This document shows positions 48,814 through 59,270 of a DNA stretch of 64,000 bases, in pieces. Position 1 is the stretch's first letter. Each line of letters opens with the position of its first letter. The stretch comes from Psammoneis japonica (Eukaryota), in NCBI GenBank assembly GCA_008632985.1, contig QPGO01000109.1:186001-250000 (forward strand), read 5' to 3'. The position numbers and the translations under genes are program-made. The notes beneath the pieces were generated by a model. That model was not told the origin of the DNA and did no database searches. It saw only the letters and a list, made by a program, of their open reading frames with translations.

Positions 48814-49860
48814 TTGGTCCCGATGGATGCAAAAAGAAGGAATCGCTTGAGCTGCTCCTTAAATGACGAAGACACAGTCTTGGGCACCACGAGCGTTTCT
48901 CACGATGCCATGATGGTAGCTTCCGAAACGGGAATTACCGGTCAACGTAGAATTGGTGACGGTGGAGCCTCCTTGGAGTTTCGTGTGACCCTCTCCGCCG
49001 TACTCGAACCCACGGATGCGGATACCCTTGTCAAGGATGATATTTCCAAACTAGACCTCACTGCATCCTCGAATCACCCTCGCAAAGCCAAGGGGGCAGC
49101 TCGTCTCACTGTTTTGAAAGGCTGAGGATTTGAAGTGGAAAACAGGAAACACCGATTGATCAAGCGTAGGGACGTGCCGGATGTCTACCGCAAGAGGAGG
49201 ACAAAGACGATCCGAAAAACTTATACCAGATAGTGGAACGAAGCAGCAGACTATTTGTTGTTAGATCATGGACAGATTATCAACATTGAAGTGTTTGACG
49301 AGGACGAGAGACGAGAAAGGGCGCACTGAATTAATCTCACGTATTGGGCGGTGCCCCTGACCCCACTTTCACCCCAGATTGTCAAAATGTGTAAAACACC
49401 CCTGTTTTGTAAAACGCCCTAGTAACAAGCAGCGGCTTGGGTCGTCATGGTGCTTTCGACAGTCGAGTCGAGCAGTTTTTGGTGTTTGCGCATTCAAATC
49501 GCGCGCACTGACAGTGAATGTTCACTTCCGGGTTCCTTTTGGTTTGGGTTCGCCATCAAAAATGACCAACGACAGACTGACGACAGACCGACGAATGCTC
49601 GAAAAAGCCTGCTACGTAGGATCCTACGTAAGATATAGGGTAATGAGCCAAAATGTGTGTTTTACACGACGAAGCACGTGTTTTACAGAATAACACGTGA
49701 TTTTACGATTCCCCCCCTCCCCCCCCCTTCACCGCGAAGGTTGCGCCCAACACGTGAGATTAATTCAGCGCGCCCAAAAGGACGACGAGCTCGTAGGGGC
49801 TAGGATCAATGTTGGAAAACTGTTGGCAGCTGGAGACCGAACGGACGTGGAGCTTTTCGA
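48814..49860 (+). pseudogene. C2-domain gene fragment with stops, split by a MITE
   Basis: ARLTVLKG*GF...DVPDVY...KTIRK...WNEAADYLLLDHGQIINIEVFDED...(MITE)...DDELVGARINVGKLL resembles a C2 domain. Confidence 0.5.
49319..49775. mobile_element. MITE-C, 32-bp TIR starting GGGCGC, probable 3-bp TSD (PIF/Harbinger-like)
   Basis: gggcgcactgaattaatctcacgtattgggcg / cgcccaacacgtgagattaattcagcgcgccc, flanked by aaa on both sides. Confidence 0.82.
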
Positions 49861-51063
49861 AGCAGGCAAGCCAAGCGGAAAGTGCATTTCCACACGCTGC
49901 GACTTTGTCAACCCATGAAGGAGCAGTCAAAGTGTGTGCCTTTTCAATTTAGTGGTAGATGCTCAGAGCACCTGCGACGAAAGCAGTCCAGAACACTTCA
50001 CTGGATCGAAAGATTGCGCGATGCGAATCATCTCAGAGATCGGGTGCCCAAGGCACAACAGCATGAAGGATGTCTCCTTCCGCTTGATGAAGCTGTCGGA
50101 CCCATTTTCCACATGGCAGGCCCATGTGCTCGGCAATTTTTTGCTTGTAGATAAGAGAAGCACAGCAATGAGCACCCGTGCATTGTGTGAGTGCTTTGCA
50201 AACACACACTTGTGGAACACGTCGTCCAAAACCTTCGGGTTCTCCGTGCAGTTGTCGACAACTCAAGCATGAAATCTCCATTCCGAAGCCATTTCTTCGA
50301 CATGTGCAACAAATCTCCATACAACGTGGCACTTGCCAGACAGATTTCATGATCCTGTGCCCATGGTTGACGTCTGTCAATCTGCCTGTCGACTGCGCGC
50401 AATCGCGCGCTTCAATTTTCAAATTCCGCCATCAAAACTCTGCTCGACATTGCAGTCATAATTTTTCAGTCAACGACTTTTGCAACAACAACAGCTGCTA
50501 GTTTACAACCTTGAGCATCAGCTCTTTTGACATCTGCAGTCATGGATCGGTGCAACAAGTGGTCATCGAGCCCAAACGCAGTGTGCAGAGTCTTCAACCG
50601 GAACTGCACCAATCCACCGCGTTCTCGTCGAACGCAACAGTCATCTCAAGCCGTCGATCGTCCGTTTCAAACGGAATCGCCGTTCATCGATTCGACAGAC
50701 GTCTCCAGTCTGTCGACGTCGATGCTGCGCACAGCTGAGCCTCCCTCCTTCGTCGATGGGCTCGCATGCATTTTCCCGCCACCGGAGCCGATCCACGGAG
50801 CCGGAATCATCATCGTCAAGCGTCGTCATTTCCGGCCATTGCGATGCCAAACCCGGATTGAGTCGTTTTGAACTCTCCGAGTCCACACCAAGTCAAGACC
50901 TGCCTCTCACACCATTCGACGATGATGCTCTCGTTGCCGATTGATTGTTGAGCTTCTGCGGCAGTCTCCCAACGATGCGGCGTTCAGAACTTCATTTTGC
51001 CGTTTGTGTTTCAAACTCTACGTAGCTTCAGTGCCAAGTTCTGCGCATTGATTCAAATCCACC

Positions 51064-53215
51064 ATGGCCGGAACGCCGTCAACGACTCCGTCCAAGACCC
51101 CCAAGGGCACCAAGACTCCGCAACAGAGGAGTCAGACTCCTCAACCTTCTCGAACCGGCAATGGGACATCTGCTGCTCCCGCTGGCAATGACAGCAGTTC
51201 CACCACAGGAGCCAATCAACCTCCGCCTCCTCCAAGGCGTGGAGGAATCCATCCAGAACATGGGCGACACATGGGCGGTTCTCCATCAGACGATGACTGC
51301 ATGCCCAAGCTGCCTCGTTCCTGCCGCTCAACTGACCAGTGTCGCGACAAGAAGATTCTACCGCACATCGAGCGCACTCTTCGCGAAGCTCGAGATGGAA
51401 CACTCGTCGTCAAGTTTTACGGAAACCTCGAGCTCACTGACACGACCTCCAACGAGCTCGATCAATCCCACTTCGTTCAGGCCATCCATGCCCTTGTCAA
51501 GGAGCATGGCTTGGAGAACTTCTTCACTGTGAAACTCGAGAAGAAGGTTGTGTCGCCATTCGACCATCTCCACTCTTTTACGGTCGACGAGGTGATTGCC
51601 GAGTGCCTTCATCGCGCCAACGTCGCCAAGGACTTCACTGCCTGTGACGATTACGAGCACAACGACATCGCTCTCTCCCGATTGGTTGTTGAGTCTAGAA
51701 TCTCCCACCGATTCCGCGAGAAGATCGAGGTCCAATTCGGACATGACGATCTCTTTGAGCACTGCCCCGGTCAAGTCCATTTGATGATGGCTTTGGACAC
51801 TTGCAATGCGTCTGCCACACATGACGTTGCCCAAGCTGCCGAGGACCTTGATGCTCTGTCGCTTGTGTCCTGCCCGGGTGAGGACGTGACTGAGTTTGCT
51901 GCCGAAGCTCTCCGTCTCACCAAGCTGCTCCAAGCCGGACATGCGTCACCCATTGACCTCGGGTCGAGCATTCTCAAGAAGTGCCAGAAAACCTCCTGCG
52001 AGGCATTCAATTGCAAGATTTACGCCAAGTTGGACAAGGTGTCGACCATGGAACACAAGTGTCGCCTTGGCGATCCCAAGGCGATTGCCGCGGACTCCAA
52101 ACATGATGAACTCGGGCCTGCAGCGTGCATTTCCTTCTTGCAGAAGGAGCATCGCTTCTACGTTGCCGACAAGGATTGGCCCGGACTTTCAACCAAGCTC
52201 CCTCAGAGCAACAACGCTTCCAAGACCGGAAAAGGAGCCTGCAATGCATGTGGTGCTCCAGACCACTGGGCCAACGATCCCAAGTGTCCCAAGTGTGCCG
52301 AACGTCAGAAGCGCAAGAAAGAAAAACGTGAGCAGCGTCGACAGAACAGTCGCAAGGACAACCCAACGGTTCCACCTGCCACCACCCTGCCTCCTGCGTC
52401 TTCCGTTGCGGTTGACACTGTCCCTGCTGACAAACAAGCCAAACTCAAGGAGTTGCTCACCAACGAGCCCCGACGCGTTCCAGCCCCAGGTGGGACTCCG
52501 TGTGACATTGGGCCCGTAGAATTCTACGTGCGAGCTCCGCAGTACGAGAATTTAATCAATGGACACATTTGTCTTCAACATCAAATAAACGGCCAAGTTT
52601 GTGGTGCAATTATGCCTCTTGCCACTCGACGTTTTTGCAAATACGCCTGCCCCACGCGATTCTTAAGACATTATAGAATCGCGCTGTAACAAAAAATGTC
52701 AAAAGTTGTTGGACGGATCGCTCAATAAGTGCACCGTAAAATGACACAAAATATCGAAAAAATCACGTAGAAATCTACGTGCGCGACATACGACGTGATT
52801 CAAAAAACTGTCTATGTCACAGTTCAGCAGCACGAGGTCCCACCTAGACCTGGAACGCGTCCCCCATCGTCACACCCGTCCGGCGGATCTATCCAAACCC
52901 GTCGTGAACAAGTGCGGTTCGACCACGCATTTTTGTGGAAAGTGCACTTGCAAGCACACCGGCATTCGGGGGATGTGTGCGAATCACAAGGAGTCAGATC
53001 ATGTTTGCAAACCACTGAAACAAGAACCACCTGCGGCCAATCTTACCTCCATTGATGACCCAGATTCGGGCGTCCCACCTGGGCCACCCGCTCAGACTGC
53101 TCCAGACCCAACCAATGCGCCCGAGCCCTCTCCTGCTGAGGACGAGCTTGTTTGGACTGGATTCCATTGCTGTGTGGTCGAGGACTCGTCTCCTCCCACC
53201 CCGTCTGTCGCGTGA
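51064..53215 (+). pseudogene. Copia gag interrupted by MITE-A
   Basis: Zinc knuckle CNACGAPDHWANDPKC; second Cys/His cluster FCGKCTCK...NH after the MITE. Confidence 0.8.
52472..52861. mobile_element. MITE-A (390 bp), 4-bp TSD cccc
   Basis: cccc|gacgcgttccag...ctggaacgcgtc|cccc; homologous to 28925-29313. Confidence 0.92.
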
Positions 53216-53353
53216 GTCTCCTGCAAACCCGCTTCTGCGTCTCAGAGGGAGCGCCTGCCAGTTGCAGTCGAGACTGTCAAACCTGAAGATGCTGACGACT
53301 TCAGCGATTGCTTCGATGCATGTGACGACCTGTCTTGGGACGATTCCATTGTT

Positions 53354-56300
53354 GTGTTTCCGCCCACGACTCCTCCTTCATCCAGTGTCCCTGCTTCGGG
53401 TGCTCCGGCTCCTGCGGCTGAGTTTTTCTTCGATGCCGAGTCCGGACCCAAACCCGCGCCGGATCCACCGGTTCCCCAAGCTCACCATCTGTTGCCATGG
53501 GATCTCCTCAAGCTCCCGCTCTTTTGGATCTCTGCAATGATTTGGGAGGGTCTCCTGTGGCTCGTCTGCTCCCAGGATGATCCCCCCCCTCCTCCCCGCC
53601 GTGTGCATCGCCTCAAGCACCGCCCTGCGCTGCATCGCTGCCCCTGTCGTTGGGGCATGATTGCGTGCGCGATTGCGCTTTGGCATTTTGTGTGCGGCGG
53701 CGCTGTCCCTCCCCACCCCTTTCAATCATTGGACCGCCTCTCTTCTCAAACATGCGAAGTTGTCTCCGCTCTCGATGAGTGCGTCGATCCATCGCCCGGT
53801 GCGTTCGTCCAGCACCATGCCATCAAGGTCAGACAATTCAAATGTGAGTTGGCGCACTCAGAGGGAGACAAGCAAGACACCGCCACTCTGCCTTTCGAAC
53901 TTTCCGAGTTGGTTGACAAGAGTGACAATGACCATTTCTTTGATGCGTGCACGGAGCTCCCCGTCCATGCGGAATGCTTCTTCGATGCTGACACCTTCCG
54001 CGAGTCTGACTGCTCGAGCCCGGACATCTTCGGCATTGCTGACTTGTGTCACGCCCGCTACTTCGTCGACTGCACCAATGCTCCGGAGCTCGCTGCGGAG
54101 GATCCCTCGGCCTCCCCCGCTTTGCCGACCTCCGCTGCACTTCGTGCCATTTCCGGGGAGACCCAACTTGCGCGTCTCGCCACTGATCCCCAGGCCCTCT
54201 TCCACATCGGACCAAGTGATCTCCAGGTCATTTTTGATGCTGGTGCCTCGCAGGCCATCACTCCTGACGAGAAAGATTTTGATGGTCCGATCAAGCACTG
54301 CCAGACCCCGCTCTGCCTCGGCGGCATGGCTGACGGCATGTGCATCACTGGTGAGGGCACCGTCACGTGGACCTTTCAAGCCAGGGAGGGTCACGAAATT
54401 ACTGTCCAGCTCCGCGCCTGTCTCGTCCCGTCCTCCAAGGTTCGCCTGCTTTCTCCACAATGTCTCTTCCATGCAGACGGCACCAAAGGACATTTTTGGG
54501 GTGACAGTGAGATTTTCAAGGTTTGTTTCGCAGACACGCCGGAGTTGACGCTTGAGTGCGACGAGCGCTCCCACTTGCCGGTTGGCTGCGCGACTCTCGG
54601 TTCTGTCCATGCACCACAAGTCAATTTGAGCACCATTGGCGACCCGGACAACCTCAATCTGTCTGCTGGACAGAAGCTTCTCAATGAATGGCATGCGCGC
54701 TTTGGGCACTTACATTTTCCCAAGATCCAAGCTCTGCTCCGTGGCCATCCGTTCGAGGCCATGAAATTCAAGGCAGCATCCAAATGCGACATTCCAAAAT
54801 GCGACACATGCGAACATGCCAAGGCTCATCGCCGTTCTTTGAAGTCTACCATTCACAAATCCGACCCCAAGCGCGATGGCGCATTGAAGGCTGACCATCT
54901 CAATCCGGGCCAGTCCGTCAGCGTTGACCATTTCGAATCGCGTCTCAAGGGCCGCACCTGTGATTCATGCGGCAAACCGTCCTCCCAGCAGCATGTTGGC
55001 GGCTGCATCTTTGTCGACCATGCCTCTGGTTACATCCACGTTGAACACCAAGTCGGTTTCTCCACTGTCAAGACTGTTCGAGCGAAACAGGCATGTGAGA
55101 CCATGGCAATGGGACACGGCGTGATCGTCCAAACTCACCTCACCGACGGTGGCGCTTTCAAGGCCAACCAGTTTGTTTCCCACGTCCATGACTCCCAGCA
55201 ACGCATGCGCTTTTGTGGTGCCAACGCTCATCATCAAAATGGTGTTGCCGAACGCTCCATTCAGTCCATCTCCAACATGGCTTGCGCCATGATCCTCCAT
55301 GCTTCGATTCACTGGTGTGGTGGCATCGACAGCTCTCTGTGGCCCATGGCGGTGCACTGTGCTGCCCACATCTGTGATGCTGCTCCCGGTGCCCATGGTC
55401 TGTGTCCCGCCGACATCTTTGCTGGCTCTGCCGTCCCGTGCCACCGCCTCCGCGATCTCCATGTTTGGGGTTGTCCCGTCTACGTCTTGGATCCCAAATT
55501 GCAAGAGGGCAAGAAACTTCCCCGTTGGCAGCCGCGTTCTCGGCGTGGTGTCTTTCTCGGACTCAGTCACATTCACGCCAGTGAGGTGCCATTGGTCCTC
55601 AATCTCAATGCTGGCTCCATCACTCCCCAGCACCACGTTGTGTTTGACGATCTCTTCACCACAGTTGCTTCGATCGCGAGGGAGAGCGAACCGCCGGATC
55701 ACTGGGAAGAATTGTGGTTGGAGAATGCCACTCAAATTCCCTTGGACTCATCCGATGGACCGTTGTTCCTTCAAGACGACTGGCTTGCTCCTGCTGAACT
55801 TGAACAGAAACGACGACATGAGACTGGGGAATGCAATGTTCGTGCTGCACGTCAACAGCAGCAGAACTCACCGAAACCCGTTGAGAAGCCAACACCTGCA
55901 GCGGATCCTTTGCCAACTCCAAATCCACCGTCGTCTACACCATCGATGCCAACAACTGCAGTTGATCCATCACCGACACCACCGCCACAAACACCGTCGC
56001 TTCAAAACCCATCATCGCCAACACCTCCGGTTGACGATCCTCCACCTTCAGTTGCACGTCCGCCACCTGCTGCTGGCGATGGTCCGGGCACGTCAGTCCC
56101 ATCCACGACTGCTCCAGTCCCACCTGAACCTTCATCCACGACTGAGACACCAGGGGTGCGCCGATCCCAACGTTCGAACAAGGGTGCGCGCACAACTGCT
56201 CGTTTCGCCAATGAAGCACATCTGGCTTCTGTTGTCCCTGACGATGTTGGAGGACAACAGGCTCAGCTTGCCCATTTCGCTGAGATCCAGACTGACTGTG

Positions 56301-58015
56301 ATTCGGGTGTTTTGGACATTCAGGACCCGCGGATCTACGCCGCTAAAGTCAAACGCGATGCGGATAATCCGAATGTTCGCGAGGCTCTCTCGGGTGATTT
56401 CGCTGAGCAATGCATTGAAGCCATGAAGACGGAGGCATCTGCTCTTGTAAATCGTAAAACGTGGCAATTTGTGAAACGGGAGAAGTCAATGAACATGCTC
56501 AAGTCCACGTGGGCATTCAAGTTGAAACGATTGCCGGGTGGCACGCCGCTTGAGTTCAAAGCGCGATTTTGTGTCCGAGGAGATCCACAAAAAGAGGGAG
56601 TTGACTGCTTCGAGACCTGCGCTCCAGTGGTCCAATGGTCGACCATCTGTCTCGTGCTGAGCGCTGTCCCACAAGAAGGATGGACCACCCGTCAGGTCGA
56701 TCACACCAACGCTTTTGCGCAGGCCGAGATGACGGAAGACGTTTGTGTCGAACCACCCAAGTGTTTCGCTCCCAGTTCGGGATCCAATGTTGTCTTGAAG
56801 CTGCTCAAGAGTCTCTGCGGTCTCAAGCAAGCTCCCAAGTGCTTCTTTGACAAGCTGCGTGAAGGATTGTTGGAACGTGGATGGACCCAGTCGCAAGTCG
56901 ACCCGCGCCCATTTTTCAAGGACGGCATGATTTGTGTAGTCTGTGTTGATGATGCTGTCCTCGCTGGCAAGAATGGAGCCACTCTAGAACATGAGATCAA
57001 GGCTCTAGGCATCCAAGACGACGAACAACGCCATGCATTCGAGTTGCGAAACGAGGGAGAAGTTGGTGACTTCCTCGGCATCAAGATTCGCAAAACCGGA
57101 CCCAAGGAATTCCTCCTCACCCAGCCTGGACTTGTTGACAAGGCCCTCAAAACAGCTGGCATGGAAGATTGCCGCTCTTCTCCCACTCCTGGTGCTGCCT
57201 CTCCATGTCATGCGGATAAAGAGGGAGCCGAATTCGACGAGAACTGGGACCACCGTTCCGTCATCGGCATGTTGATGCATCTGTCATCCAACTCCCGACC
57301 AGACATCTGCTGCGCCACGCATCAAGCCGCCCGTTTCTCACATGCTCCCAAGCATTCCCATGCGATTGCGGTGAAGCATGTTCTGCGCTACTTGCAAGGC
57401 ACCAAGGACAAGGGACTCTGTCTGCGCCCTGGCGACAACGAACGTGTTGATTGTTTCGTTGACGCCGACTTCGCCAGCCTCTACGGTCACGAAGACTCTC
57501 AAGATCCGGTCAGCGTCAAGTCCCGCACCGGATGTGTCATCTTGCATTGCGATTGTCCCATTTTATGGGTTTCTAAGCTGCACACGCAAATGGCACTCTC
57601 CACCATGGAAGCCGAGCACCTTGCTCTGTCGGCTGCGATGCGCGACCTGATTCCGATTCGTGAAATTTTGAAGGAATTCAAGTGTCATGTTTTCGGTCTC
57701 ACGGATTACAAGACCCCTGCCACCACCAAGTCCAAGGCCTTTTCAGATGCAAAGGATGGTGCGATCCCTTCTTCAGCAGTTTATGAAGACAATCAGGCGT
57801 GCCTCAAGTTTGCGAAAATGGCCAAGTTATCTCCACGTGCCAAACACATTGGCATTCCCTGTCATTGGTTCCGCACCAAGGTTGAGGCTCTTGAGATCCG
57901 GATTGAGCCTGCAGGAACTGATTCCCAGTTAGCTGATCAATTTGCAAAGGGACTTGTTGCTGACAAGTTTGAATCTGGTCGGTTGAGTCTCTCAGGCTGG
58001 CAGCTCTGCGGTTGA
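53354..58015 (+). pseudogene. Copia pol, open frame but catalytically mutated
   Basis: VIFDAGAS protease; WHARFGH...CDTC; VSVDH, TDGG, QNGVAER; FKARFCVRG, LKSLCGLKQAP, VVCVDD; DADFA, STMEAE, EDNQAC, QLADQFAK. Confidence 0.93.
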
Positions 58016-59270
58016 GAGGGAGAGTTGACGTCTGTCAATCCACCTGTCGACTGCGCGCAATCGCGCGCTTCAATTTTCAAATTCCGCCATCAAAACTCTG
58101 CTCGACACTGCAGTCATAATTTTTCAGTCAACGACTTTTGCAACAACAACAGCTGCCAGTTTACAACCTTGAGCATCAGCTCTTTCGATGTCTGCAGTCA
58201 TGCATCGGCACAACAAGTCCCGCCCCCAATGTTGGTTGCAATCAAGTGTCAAGACCGGCCTTCATCCAGGTTCTGGTGAACTCCAAGTTGTCCAAAAGAG
58301 AGGGCTCGATCTGTTTTTGGGCTTGATGCGCAGCAACTGATTCAGCACCAAAACGCCCAAGAGCAGGAAGTGCCCCAACAACTAGCGGCAAGCAAGCCAG
58401 TTGAAGGTCATGTCTTTGGCAACTCCGACACATGCAATTTCGGGGTGAGCAAGCCGAAGTTCCTCTGGTGCGTTTTCGAATTCTATTTTTCCAAACACAA
58501 GAGCCGCCGCAATCACATCTGGTGCGGTTCGCAGACAAATCGGAACCTCGTCCTGTGATTCAGGATCTCCACTTGACGCCAAAGCAGCAATTGCAACCTT
58601 TCCGTTTGCCATCAAATTATGCGGCAGATCCCAATGAGAAACTTGCTTGCATCCCTCCAGTGCCAATGCCTTCATTGCCTGATTCTCTGGGCTTGATGGA
58701 TTGTCCAAACAGCGAACTGCAGGAAAAGCTTGAAAGGCAGCGCATGCAATCTCAATGTCATTCTTCCATTCAGGCTCGCGATCATTGAAGTTGATTTTGC
58801 GTTTTCCAATGGAAGACAAGACAGATTCACGGTTCTCCTTCTTCACTTCTAGAGTCGGGACGACGCCTGAGTTGATTGCCTCCTCGAGTTCTGCCACGTG
58901 ATGACGGAGTCTGCCATTTTCTTGTTCCAGTTCAGCAATGCGCTGCGTTTGTCGAGGCGCGATTCTTCCATTTTCAATCTCTTGTTGTTGGATGCAATGA
59001 TGACAAGACGATGGGACTCACAATGAAGAAAACAAGTGATTGCTGCGTGCGGCAAAGGGAAGGATTTTGAAAAGAATGGAGAATGGCCGCATCATTGTTT
59101 CGATCACGATTGATGAGAGGACTGTTCTCTCTGGGCAGACCTTGTGCCCCCAAGAACTGTCATGCATGTTGGGTGTTTGCCTCTCTGCGAAGACAAACAT
59201 TGAACATTCACAAAAAATGAATCACACAATGACCACCCAGTGCTGTTGTTGTTGCAGATGTCTTGGGCAG

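Larger units (their letters stand above)
50366..58218 (+). mobile_element. Full-length Ty1/Copia LTR retrotransposon, inactivated
   Basis: 195-bp direct repeats at 50366-50560 and 58024-58218, PBS-like tggtcatcgagccc after the 5' repeat, PPT gagagggaga before the 3' repeat, gag-PR-IN-RT-RH order. Confidence 0.93.

Noticed and set aside
24480..58218. ADAR-type RNA editing of retroelement transcripts as the cause
   Set aside because: Both A->G and T->C occur in the same elements, and DNA transposons and MITEs with no RNA intermediate are equally affected.
58382..59055. DUF4116-like host gene
   Set aside because: Weak resemblance only; fragmented and TA-eroded, so not called.
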